Source: Lama glama (Eukaryota). From it: a stretch of DNA of 64,000 nucleotides. The stretch is from contig CM052851.1 in assembly GCA_028534125.1 (NCBI GenBank), positions 6,510,001 to 6,574,000 on the forward strand. Direction: 5' to 3'. The notes below the pieces were generated by a model. The model saw nothing but the letters and a program-made list of their open reading frames with translations. It had not been told where the DNA came from and searched no databases. Positions 49,801-59,800 of this stretch are shown in pieces (the stretch's first letter is position 1; every line of letters starts with the position of its first letter). The translations under genes were made by a program, and so were the position numbers.

Positions 49801-52238
49801 AAACCATGTTTCTGACTATCTGGTGTCTACTAGAATATTATAGGCTTGGAACCAGGTTGTAGGATGCCCCCTTCAAAGTACAAAGGAAGTTCTATAGAGC
49901 AGTAGCACAGGGAATATAATAAGGTTGCATTGTAGCGTGTCGGCTGGATAGTCATGTTTCTGCTGCCCTGGCTGTAGCCTTGCTGATCATATGTACTTGT
50001 TAATGGCAGCATGCCCTTGTGCATCATGTCCTTGTCTGGAATGCCCTATTCTCTCTGACCCCTTGATGCCATCCACCACGGCCCCATCTAAATAATACTT
50101 CTCCTGTGAAGTCTTCCGTGACTAACTACTACCCACTCTACTCATGTTCCCCTCAGCAGCCACCACAAACTGCATGGACTGATGGGGCGGTCTTATCACA
50201 CTGTCTTATAATGCCTAGTTTATATGTCAGTTTTACCACAGACAGTATACTATTCTCCAAAGTAAAGCAAAGGTCCTCTTGGTTTCTGAAACCTCAATAT
50301 TCTGTCCTTGGCAATAGTTGGCACTAAGAAACGTGGAATGGTAAGTTAAACCCAGCTTGGTTTGTTCTCAGCTCTTAAATATTATGATTTTAGAGGGACA
50401 GTGTTTGGGAAGCTGCTATGGGAAAAGGACACTCCTAAGAAGGAAAACCACCTGCCTGGGTAGTCAGAAGCCAGGCCCCAGCACTGATGTGAAATCACCT
50501 TACCAGCAAATAGTGTTCAGACCACCAAGCTATAAAGGAGTAAAGTTTAAGACTTCTTGGTCTTTTTATCAGAACAGGGAAAGAAAAACCCAGCAAGAAT
50601 GGCAGGAGACCCCAGCGTTTGATATCACTGATGTCCAACACCAGGGTAGGTTCTGGGAAATTCGTATTTATTCTTCTCTAATTATCATGCTGTCCTCTTT
50701 AGTTCTCTGATGAGCAGAGCAGCACAGAGCTCTGAGTCTGGGCACACTCGGTGGATGATGTGCCTTGCTCCCTGGAGGTGCTTGTTGGTCATCCTCCAGT
50801 CCAGGGGCCGGCTCTTGAGTGTTAGAAGTCCCCACAGCTCCCAAAGGAGTGAAGGAGGCAATGCATGTCCTTCTTGTGTTTCTGATAGTGAAACTGATCT
50901 CCCACAGTTCCCAACATTTCCACATGGGGTGATAAGTTTTACAGAGTTGGGAGGGATGTGTTTTACTTTCTGTCTTGGAGAACAACCTCTGGGATGCTGT
51001 TCTCCTCTACCCTTTGGGGCATTAATGTTAATATTGAAGGTGCAGATAGATGCTTGGCAAGGGCTGGAAATGTATGACGAAGTGTTGCCCTTTCAACTTG
51101 CTGATCTTTCACTCAGCATAAGGATTCAGTATGTACTGCAGTTATCATAAACGAAGGCATGTAAGCAAGTAAATTCTTTAACAAATTTTCATTCCATAGA
51201 AGACACACCAGCTGTGGTGGGTAACTGGGATTTGAGCAGTGTAAAAATCTCGGGGGCTTAACCTAAAAAATACTCCAAGGTCAGAATAGCATCTTACTGA
51301 GCTGAGATGAAATTGGGAAGATCAGAATAAACAATTCACCTGGCTTCAAACAGTCCTGGTGTGAGGCTGTCCTTGGCTCACATTCAGTGTCCTGCCTTCG
51401 GCTCACATGAAGGTAGCCCATGGACTAACACCTTTTCCCTGCCTGAGTGTTTTCCTTGCAGATTCTAAGTGGGAGGATAGCCCAGCAGGGAAGATTATCC
51501 CACCATTGAAGCAAAACAATCCACCTCCACCTGAAGGACCCACAGAGCTGGGAACCAGTGGCTTCTTTGGGTTTCTAAGGTAGGACAGACTGCTCTCCTG
51601 CCATCAAACTGAGATCCAGGGCAGTGTAGCTCCAAAATCTTCATTGACTCTCTCAAGAAAATTAGAATAGAAAAAGGAGATTACCTGCATAATCTCTATT
51701 TTGTCCAGGATGGATGAAAGAAATGAGATTGAGCCTAAGGGCCCTAACCATGAATTTAACAAAGACTGTGTCTTGTCCATTTTTATACAGCCTACCCTAC
51801 CCAATGTGCCCAGCATTGGGCCTGATTCCATAAGGCTGCTTGGACAGAGACTATCCTTATTGTGCTTTGGCTATTCAGATGATTTGGTTACCAGAATTTT
51901 TCCATTCTTCCCTCTAAATCTAGCCTCTGTCTTCCGAGTCCTTTTTGCTGAGTACAGTTAGCAAATCCCTTTATCTGTCTAGAGCTCAGTCATCCCTTTG
52001 CGGTTCTCCTTCTTCTTTTCTACCTCCTGAGTATAATCTAACTTGGGTGCCTTTTCAAATGCTGTTTCAGTCTTGAATTTCCATTCAGTGGTCCCTCAGA
52101 GCAGAATGCCCTAGCTAATGGAGCCCTATGGGACCTGGGAGAAGGGAAGTGGACCTCAAGAGTCTCAACCTGCTCTGCTCTCCTTCCTGCAGCTCTCTCT
52201 TCCCATTTCGGTATTTCTTCAGAAAGAGCAGCCAGTGA
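34728..52238 (+). CDS. MAJIN: Membrane-anchored junction protein (TERB1-TERB2-MAJIN meiotic telomere complex); join(34728..34828,39761..39806,42190..42265,42445..42570,43417..43448,43764..43855,46886..46949,50573..50645,51462..51579,52193..52238), 257 aa
   Basis: Spliced 774-nt [33 protein letters not shown]...[30 protein letters not shown]...[21 protein letters not shown] matches recalled human and mouse MAJIN (C11orf85). Exon phases are all consistent, the C-terminus is a hydrophobic anchor, and synteny (BATF2-MAJIN-GPHA2-PPP2R5B) fits. Confidence 0.95.
35248..38025 (+). mobile_element. L1 ORF2 and 3'UTR, with a nested younger L1 3' piece at about 36230-36776
   Basis: RT-region phrases (ccaggaatgcaagga, catgatcatctcaattgatgca); ORF track [14 protein letters not shown]; TSD TATGGTACTGG at 36219-36229 and 36777-36787. 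Confidence 0.8.
37790..37894 (-). mobile_element. tRNA-derived SINE (Vic-1-like) inside an L1
   Basis: Same consensus on the minus strand. Confidence 0.75.
38106..38235 (+). mobile_element. tRNA-derived SINE (Vic-1-like) with TSD
   Basis: Same consensus; TSD approximately AAAAATRAYTATATTTTCCA on both sides. Confidence 0.85.
39761..39806 (+). CDS. MAJIN: MAJIN coding exon 2
   Basis: ttacttctag|; (R)[15 protein letters not shown]; GAG|gtaggg. Confidence 0.92.
42190..42265 (+). CDS. MAJIN: MAJIN coding exon 3
   Basis: Poly-T then cag|; [25 protein letters not shown]; U12-type donor |gtatccttt. Confidence 0.93.
42266..42444 (+). other. MAJIN: U12-type (minor spliceosome) GT-AG intron of MAJIN
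   Basis: 5' splice site GTATCCTTT; branch site TCCTTAAC at 42426-42433, close to the CAG acceptor; no polypyrimidine tract. Confidence 0.9.
42445..42570 (+). CDS. MAJIN: MAJIN coding exon 4
   Basis: (Y)[41 protein letters not shown]; donor A|gtaagt. Confidence 0.93.
43417..43448 (+). CDS. MAJIN: MAJIN coding exon 5
   Basis: ttgtag|; (R)[10 protein letters not shown]; TTG|gtaagt. Confidence 0.88.
43764..43855 (+). CDS. MAJIN: MAJIN coding exon 6
   Basis: ctctctgaag|; [30 protein letters not shown] (basic patch); AG|gtcagt. Confidence 0.88.
44038..45675 (-). mobile_element. L1 ORF2 end and 3'UTR, antisense in a MAJIN intron
   Basis: Poly-T start, then L1 reverse phrases (ggtccatccatgttgctgcaaatgg, ttttgattactgtagctttgtagta). 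Confidence 0.8.
45974..47126. repeat. Long inverted repeat (arms 45974-46144 and 46956-47126) flanking MAJIN exon 7
   Basis: Hand alignment of the left arm to the reverse complement of the right arm: 171 bp, no gaps, 22 mismatches. Confidence 0.95.
46886..46949 (+). CDS. MAJIN: MAJIN coding exon 7 (64 nt)
   Basis: cccacctcag|; (R)[21 protein letters not shown]; AGG|gtaagc. Confidence 0.88.
48993..49045. repeat. (GTTTTT)n hexamer microsatellite
   Basis: About 8 tandem units visible. Confidence 0.9.
50573..50645 (+). CDS. MAJIN: MAJIN coding exon 8
   Basis: tttttatcag|; [24 protein letters not shown]; G|gtaggt. Confidence 0.88.
51462..51579 (+). CDS. MAJIN: MAJIN coding exon 9
   Basis: ttccttgcag|; (D)[38 protein letters not shown]; AG|gtagga. 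Confidence 0.88.
52193..52238 (+). CDS. MAJIN: MAJIN last coding exon
   Basis: ccttcctgcag|; (S)[17 protein letters not shown]. Confidence 0.9.
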
Positions 52239-52518
52239 GCCTTCTAAATGCAGCGGTGGGAAGAGCATTGTCTCTTGCGGTGACTCCTCCCACTCCATCC
52301 TCTGCTTATGACACTCCAGTCATGAAAAATGAGGGCCCCAAACTCCCTGAGTCCTCCTGTGGGTTTGTCCTGTCATTTACCTCTTTACAATGGAATGTTT
52401 TTTCTAATTTAAAATGCTAAGAAAAGAACATAACTTTCTAAAATGCTCTAGTCTGAGAATTTTACTGCCCTGTAGGCCAGTTAGGTCTTTCATCTCCAGC
52501 ACTTAGGTTCCTAATGAC

Positions 52519-52524
52519 AATAAA
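52519..52524 (+). terminator. MAJIN: Probable MAJIN polyadenylation signal
   Basis: First AATAAA downstream of the stop codon, about 280 nt after it. Confidence 0.6.
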
Positions 52525-52915
52525 TTATTTATGAAGAGTTATTGACTGAATTTAGTGAGTTAGAGCAAACTCTTGTCTCAAGATACAGAGAAACAATGCC
52601 TGAAACCTCCCGTGTCTCCCTGATTATTGTTGACAGAACATTTTGGGTAGGCGGAGACTGTACCATTAAACTTCCCAGGCGGGGTTAGAGAATGAGGTCT
52701 TGCAAGACTAAATGTCCTGAGCCCTGCTGACCCTCAAGAAATCATGTCTCCTCAGTTCACCCAGTTTGGTCCCAAAGTGCAGTCTCTTAGTAGATAAATG
52801 CTTCTCACCTACCTATCCCTTTGGCTCTAGACAGTAATGCAGATTAGCTGATCAGATTAACTGGAAATCAGTGTAGGTTAGGGTCCCTGGAGAAGACCAG
52901 GACATCTGAACTGTC

Positions 52916-53110
52916 TTTTTTTTTTTTTGGTGGTGGGGAGAGGTAATTAGGTTTGTTTGTTTGTTTATTATTTTAAATGAAGGTACTAGGAAGGCAGCTA
53001 CGCTCACCACTATACCACCAACGTCTTCTTAAATGGAGGTACTAGGGATGGAACCCAGGACCTCGTGCATGCTAAGAATGCACTCTGCCACTGAGCTATA
53101 CCCTCACCCC
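52916..53110 (-). mobile_element. tRNA-derived SINE (Vic-1-like) interrupted by a tRNA-half insertion
   Basis: Consensus split by the 52991-53028 insert. Confidence 0.8.
52989..53024 (-). pseudogene. Tailless retrocopy of the 5' half of tRNA-Gly(TCC), inserted in a SINE
   Basis: Minus strand reads ACGTTGGTGGTATAGTGGTGAGCGTAGCTGCCTTCC, versus recalled mammalian tRNA-Gly-TCC 5' half GCGTTGGTGGTATAGTGGTGAGCATAGCTGCCTTCC. Flanked by an 18-bp direct repeat at 52973-52990 and 53029-53046. Confidence 0.85.
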
Positions 53111-54749
53111 AGACCTCACTCTTCATGTAACCCAACAGCTGATCTGAGACAGACATATTAGACTTGTGTTGTGAGGCCACAGAGGATCAAAATACGGGAA
53201 TTTAGGGAAACTCATTTTAGCTCAGAACAAAGGAATCACTTTTTAACCATAGAGATGTCTAGTATTAGAATGGGTCACCTTGTAAGGTAATGAACCTTTG
53301 TCACCACCTCTAGCTTTTAAACAAAGCTTATTATCTGTCAGATGCTGGAAGGTTCCCGTGGTGAGCGGAAACATTGGGGCTGGACTGCTGAGGTCCCTTG
53401 GAAATCTCTCATTTTGATGCCTTTACCTTGGGTGGGGAGGCGAAAAGAGGTGGGCTGCTGAAGGGCCTGGGACTGGAGGGGAGGAGGGCCAAAGGGGAAG
53501 CTGTTGCATGTGAGGACTGGAGGACTAGAGACAAGTCGTGTTTACCACCTTGCCCGGCCGTCCAAACACAGCCTGCTTTACAAAGCTGCTCAAAGGCACA
53601 GCTCCAGAATCTGGTGATCTGAGTACCATTCCAACTAGCTTACAGTCAGATCTCAGCAAAATCACTTTCCTTTCTGGTTCTTATTTTCTCATCTAGAAAA
53701 TGAAGGGGTAGGATTTGATGAGCTCTTAAGTGCCTTCCAGCTCTGGCAGGCTGTGTGGCTGGCTCTGCCTTTCTGAGCAGGTCAGTGAGGGAAGTGGCCC
53801 TGGGGTATGTGGGGCCAGAATCACCACAGGCTTCCTTCTGATCTCTACCCTGCCCCAGCCCCTGTGGCTCCTCTGACTAGGGGTCTTTTTCCAACTTGCC
53901 ACATTCTTGCCCCAAGTATAATTTAACACCACGCATGAACAGCAAGAGATTTGGGTTCTAGATCAGCCCTGATATGAACTAGCTTTGTGACTTTTACTAA
54001 CTTTCTTTCTCTGAGCCTTGGTTGCCTCACCTGTAATACCAGAGCCAGGACTGGACTAAACAATCAGATTGCTGGGGTTGACAGCTTCAGGCTCTTCCAC
54101 GTGTCAGGTTCCTGTTATTCCAGGGGCTGGGGGAGCCCCACTCTGTAGCTGACCCCTAGGATGAAAAGTCATCCACTTGACAGTGAAACTCTGAAATGGA
54201 CTTAGAACCTGCACCCCACCCCCAATCCCCCCTGGCTCTGCCATCACGCACCTCTCAGGAGACCCCCACTGCTATCATTTCCCTTGTTCGTAAGTCTCCT
54301 CACCACCCTTTCCTTTGCAGTGGATGAAAGAGACAAGCAGGGCTGAGTTTAGTAGTTTTAAGAGTGGGCTGGCAAGGCCCTAAACAGAAGTGTCCTTGTG
54401 TCCTTAACCAAGGTCACACAGCAAGGAAGAGAACACAGGTGGCCACAACTCAGCCCAATCTAGAGCCCTCTCTCCCCAACTACACACATGCTGCCCACTC
54501 CACCAGCTCCTGGGCTTTTCTCTTAACTCACTTGCCCAGCCCTGGGCCACAGGCAGCTTTTAGACAGAAGGGAAGCAGAAAGCAGCAGAAGCTGCTCTCT
54601 GAGGACCACACCTCAGAGAAGAGCAGGATTTCCCAGGTGGTTTTGCTGAGACCTCGGGCAGAGAGGCAGGCCTGAAAGCCGATCTCCAAGAGGGCGTGGC
54701 TGCAGAACACTGGCAAATAAAAACCCAGAGAGCCAGCATCTTCTGGAGA

Positions 54750-54820
54750 CCAGCAGGAGGCAAGAAGAGCCACTCAGCAAGCCACTCAGCAAGCCATTCA
54801 GTTCCTCGGCCTTGGAAGTG
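54750..54820 (+). other. GPHA2: GPHA2 non-coding first exon (approximate start)
   Basis: TATA-like AAATAAAAA at about 54715; donor GAAGTG|gtgagc at 54821; resembles the recalled human GPHA2 5'UTR; contains a 12-bp tandem duplication GCCACTCAGCAA. Confidence 0.65.
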
Positions 54821-55229
54821 GTGAGCTCACTGAGGCAGGAGGAGACCTGGGAGGGCCTGGGGCTGCAGATAAGGGATCTGCAGGCCAAGACAGGGCAGAT
54901 GGAGGGAGGCAGAGGTTTATGCTCCAGATGGTAGGGGAAATTCCAGGGGAGAATCACTGCAGTGGGCTGACACACAAGTCACATTGAGACAGCTGCTCAC
55001 ACTCAACACTCATCCGGAAAGACACTCAATCACAGGTGCACACACACACACACACTCACCAAAAGGCAGATACAAGGAAAAGACAGATATATGGAAAAGA
55101 CAGCCCCTCAGGCATGCATCACCCCAATGAGAAAGACCAGCCTAGCCCTGGAGGCATGCAGTAGTTAAAGAACTCCCCCTCCGACCTGCATATCCATCTA
55201 GAGACAGCTATCTACCCACTGTGTTTCAG

Positions 55230-55332
55230 ATGCCCATGGCGTCCCCCCAAACCCTGCTCCTCTGCCTGCTGGTCCTGGCAGTCATTGAAGGCCAGGGTCG
55301 GCAGGCGGCCATCCCAGGCTGCCACTTGCACC
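55230..55332 (+). CDS. GPHA2: GPHA2 coding exon 1
   Basis: gtgtttcag|ATG; donor C|gtaagt. Confidence 0.95.
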
Positions 55333-55857
55333 GTAAGTAACCTGGGAGCAGAGAACTGGGTGGGAGCAAAGAGCTGATGGACTGGGCTGAGGGGCAGAAA
55401 GCACCCTTGAGGGAGCAGTGAGGCTCAGGCAATCATCTACTGTCGCCTGTTTTCCTAGCCTTCAATGTGACGGTGCGAAGTGACCGCAAAGGCACCTGCC
55501 AGGGCTCCCATGTGGCACAAGCCTGTGTGGGCCACTGCGAGTCCAGCGCCTTCCCTTCCCGGTACTCTGTGCTGGTGGCCAGTGGTTATCGACATAACAT
55601 CACCTCCGTCTCTCAGTGCTGCACCATCAGCACCCTGAGGAAGGTGAGGGGGCCCAGTCTGGTGGTGGCTCATCGTGGGTAGGGGAGACAGAGGAGATGG
55701 GGTTCTAAGATGGCCCAAGGAAGGGGGCTGGAACAGACACCCACCTCTTCCACAGGTGAAGGTGCACCTGCATTGTGGGGGGGACCGGAGGGAAGAGCTG
55801 GAGATCTTCACAGCCAGGGCCTGCCAGTGTGACATGTGTCGCCTCTCACGCTACTAG
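55230..55857 (+). CDS. GPHA2: Glycoprotein hormone alpha 2 (thyrostimulin alpha); join(55230..55332,55459..55643,55756..55857), 129 aa
   Basis: Signal peptide MPMASPQTLLLCLLVLAVIEG, then cystine knot GCHLHPFNVTVRSDRKGTCQGSHVAQACVGHCESSAFPS...SQCCTIS...ACQCDMCRLSRY*; N-glycosylation sequons NVT and NIT; GT-AG introns. Confidence 0.97.
55459..55643 (+). CDS. GPHA2: GPHA2 coding exon 2
   Basis: tttcctag|; (P)FNVTVRSD...TLRK; AAG|gtgagg. Confidence 0.95.
55756..55857 (+). CDS. GPHA2: GPHA2 coding exon 3
   Basis: cttccacag|; VKVHLHCGG...CRLSRY-TAG. Confidence 0.95.
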   Translation: MKVHLHCGGDRREELEIFTARACQCDMCRLSRY

Positions 55858-56072
55858 CCCATCCTTCTCCCCGACCCTCCCCTTCGTCAGAGGGTTTGAG
55901 GTTGGAGTAGATCCTGTATATCCTGAACCTCATTAAGGACAACAGCTCCAACCCTCTTAAGATTCTGATTGTCACCTCCCGAGAGGCGGGAGTTTTCTGC
56001 TTCCTCCCTGCCTCTGCCTGGCTTCCTCACCAGTCCTTCATCATTTCACTTTCCTCTTTGTCCCTACCCCTA

Positions 56073-56078
56073 AATAAA
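56073..56078 (+). terminator. GPHA2: GPHA2 polyadenylation signal
   Basis: AATAAA about 215 nt after the stop codon. Confidence 0.75.
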
Positions 56079-56102
56079 GCAAGCAGATCTTGAGTTTCTC
56101 TC

Positions 56103-56108
56103 TTTATT
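56103..56108 (-). terminator. PPP2R5B: PPP2R5B polyadenylation signal
   Basis: TTTATT on + (AATAAA on -), about 630 nt after the PPP2R5B stop codon. Confidence 0.7.
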
Positions 56109-56740
56109 AAATCTACCCCCAGCCAGGGAAAGGGGAACAGACCATGGTTACTGTGACCACCCTCCCTTGCCCCAGGGCATGGGGAATCTTCTGCCTGTGC
56201 CCTCACCCCTCCCCCTGCCCAATAAATAAAAAGGGGACAAGGATGTATAGGGTGAGGGAGGGGAGGAAGGAGGGTGCCCCAGGCCCTGGGTAATGTCTGT
56301 GTTGCAGATGAGCTGGGGGAGAATAAATAGACCATGGATCCCATGGTGGGGTGAGGAAAGACCTTGTGCTGGCACAAGGTGGGGCAGCCAAGGGGCTGGG
56401 TCCCCTTGCCCAAGGCTGGGAGCAGGGGATGGGAACCTGCCTGCAGTCTACAGCCCAGCTTTGCGGGGCAGAGGCAGATCCCCAATGGCAGCTTCCTGGT
56501 CAAGCTTGCCCTGGTCATGCCCTGCCAGGAGGGCCTGAGAGTTCTGTTGCCAGGACCACCATCTCTCCTCCTCTCCTCTCCCTCCCAGTGGAAACTGCTC
56601 ACACTGGGCCAGGTAGGGAGCCCTCCAAGCCCACTCTGGCAAGGCCAGAAGTTTGTGTGTCTCTCTCTGGGCCTCTGGGTAGAAGGGAGGATGGAGGGAC
56701 TGACAGCTCTGGGTTTAGCTCTTCCCCTTCTGGGGATTCT

Positions 56741-56888
56741 CTAGCTCTGACCTCCACTGGTGGCCACCTGGGGTGTAAGCCGCTGGAGTGGAGCCTCTTT
56801 GGCCCCTTGGGTCCCCTGTAACCGGCGTAGCCGTAGCTCCTCCAGGCCTTGCCACAGCTCCTGACGTTCCTGAGCCTTTTGCTGCTCC
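56741..56888 (-). CDS. PPP2R5B: PPP2R5B last coding exon
   Basis: [51 protein letters not shown]. Confidence 0.95.
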
Positions 56889-59800
56889 CTGTGGAGAGAG
56901 GGCGAGGCAGTTCTGCTACCTGGGGCCCGACCTACAGTCCAGCCTCCCTCGCCGCCACCCAACTCTGCAAAGGGAACCTTTCACTTAGGGGAGAAAGCAG
57001 TAAGGAGAGACTGGTCCCAGCCTGTGGTCATGGGGCAGATAGATTAGCCTAGCCCTGAGAGGCCCCAGCTGAAGGGTGGGAGGAGGCGCCATACCTCAGA
57101 AGAAGTACTTAGGAGGATAATTGGAGGATACAGGTGAGAGCTGGGCACAGATGGCCCAGCACTTGGCAGGAACGTAGGCAGAGACTTTAAACGCCTGATC
57201 AGATGGGATGTGGGTTGCCCTCTTAAGTTCCCTCCAACCATTAGGAACTGGTTCCTGTTTGCTTTTCTCCCCTCTCCCTCTGTGCCCAGCCCCCCAACAC
57301 TCACTGCTGCTTTTCCAGCTTGTAGGAGGCTGTGAGCTCATCAAACAGCTTCCCATTCATCTCCATGAAGGTCTTGAGCACATTGTAGATCAGCGATACA
57401 ATGGTTCTTGGCAGGGTCAAGGGAAGGAGTGAGGAGATGAGAGCAACTTCGGTTGGGTCCCACCTCCCTCTCCAGCATTCTGCCTCTCCTTGTGTCCCAA
57501 ACAGAGAATGCAGCCCTGAATTCCACAGCACTGCCCTCTTCCTGCTCCTTTCGTCACTCCTCCACCATCTTTGGATGCCTTCCCTGATCCTCTCTAGCTG
57601 GGGGTAACCCTAGTTCTGGACTGGTTGGCCCTGCCGCAGCTTTTGTGGGTTAGGTCAAGGCCTGGGNNNNNNNNNNNNNNNNNNNNNNNNNNNNNNNNNN
57701 NNNNNNNNNNNNNNNNNNNNNNNNNNNNNNNNNNNNNNNNNNNNNNNNNNNNNNNNNNNNNNNNNNNNNNNNNNNNNNNNNNNNNNNNNNNNNNNNNNNN
57801 NNNNNNNNNNNNNNNNNNNNNNGAGCACCTGACAGTGGCTTCCCTCCATGTGCAAGGCCTGGTATCCATCCCCAACTCAAAACCCAGGGAGCCCTGCCCT
57901 CCACACACCCCATCTTCAGGGCTCATCTAACCCACCAGAGGAAGCAACGTGGTAAGGTGAAAAGAGCACTGGATTTGGAGTTCAACGCTCAGGAGTGAAT
58001 CCCAGCCCCACTACACACTGGCCACATGACCTTGGGCAAGGCATTTAACCCGTCAGTTTTCAAATCTGTAAAGTGGGGCTAATAATAGCTACCTCCATAG
58101 GGCTGTTGTAAGAATCAAATGAGGTATTTAGTAAACCGAAGTGCCAGAATCACTGTGAGGAGAAATTGTTAACCACCAGGTTATGGCTCTTAAGAATGAG
58201 AGAAAATCTGCACACACACATGCAGGAGAACATCAGTTACAGCCAGTCTGGATGGTGTGGGGAAGCCTTGCTGGGCTCTGAAGTGGGGCTAATGAAACCT
58301 AAGGTCACTAAGAAAGGGGAAAAATGATGACAACCATCCATCCCATTCATGGCCGTTTCCTAAATGTCCATTTCAGTTTACCAAATGTGTTCTTGCTACC
58401 ATCTCTTCAGTTCTCATCTGTGAAGAGATCACTACAGATGAAGAAGCCCATTCTACAGATGAGGAAGCTTAATCAGACTTGAGTTGCTAAGTGATTTGCT
58501 CAAGGCTCCTCAGCCAGTGGGAGGCAGATCTGAGGCTAGACCCTAGGTCTCCTGACCCTAAGTCCAGCATCTCTCCATTATCAGACCCAGGAAGGTCAGA
58601 GGAAAATCTAAGGACAGAGGGAGCTATGTTAAGTCAGTGTGCCAACCCTACCAGTCCATACCCTGACTCTCCCTGACCTGTCCCTGCCCCATACCTGGAA
58701 ATGGGGGCTGGACACACAGCGAGCCACCTGCTTGAAGAGGGGCTCCTGGATCTTCACAAACTGGGAGGGCTCAATGACATCCAGAATCTCTTCCATCTCC
58801 CCCAGAAACATCACCTGGGGTAGGGTGTAAGGACACAGAGGGCAGCAGTTCCCATCTCCCCTGACGCACACGTGACTGCCCTCTGGAATCTGAGCCCTCC
58901 CAACCTCACTCTGATGGACATCAAAGCCCTTCATACCTCCTTCTGGGTGCAGGTTTTTGGCCAGTATTTGAGCAGCCCCCGGATCACCTGTGGGAGTTGA
59001 GGCAGAAACAAGTCAGACCTGCAGGGGTGGGGGCCTGCCTGTCCCCTCAGAGGTACTCACATGCTCTGTTAAGGTGGCGTCCTTCTCCAGGAACTGCACC
59101 ACACAGTATGCCAGCTGCAGGGGTTGGGGAAGAGGTAGGCAGAGAGAATAGGATGGGTCAGCAGGGGACCAGGACAGGACACCAGACATTTGCTCATTTA
59201 CTGTGTCTATTCTCTCATTCACCTAGGGTGTACCAGGCACCGTGTATGGTGTGTGAGGACACAGTGATCTCACAGGGGAAACGTTCAGCAAACTAGTCCT
59301 TAAAAATTTTACAGAAGTTTCCATAATCGAAATCCGTGTCATGATCTATGGGAATATAGAAAGAGGGGAGCCTAATCCTGCCCAGGGCCGGTCAAGAAGG
59401 AGGGGCTGGGAAGTCTTCAGAGAGCTGATGTCTAAGATTGGCCTTAAAGGGCCTCTCTAAGGTAGATGGAACAGAATTAGTAAAGAAAAAGGCGAGAGAG
59501 GATCCCATGAGTTCATGCGTTAGTGTGGCTGGAGTCAGAGTGTCAGGCTGACCCTGCAGCCCAGATGACTTCCCTGACTCTGTCAGGAGCTCTCTGCTGC
59601 AGCAGGGGCAGGCCTAGGCCTTACCTGGGCATGAAAGACAGACAGGGATTTGACAGAGTGCAGGGGAATCAGGACCCGAACCAGGAACTGCTTGTGCTCA
59701 GTCTTCAGGGGCAGTGCAAAGCCATTGATGATGCTGAGGAGGAGACAGAAGAGATGAGGAGGGTTCAGATGACTGGGCCTCAGTCCCTCCTCCCAGAATC

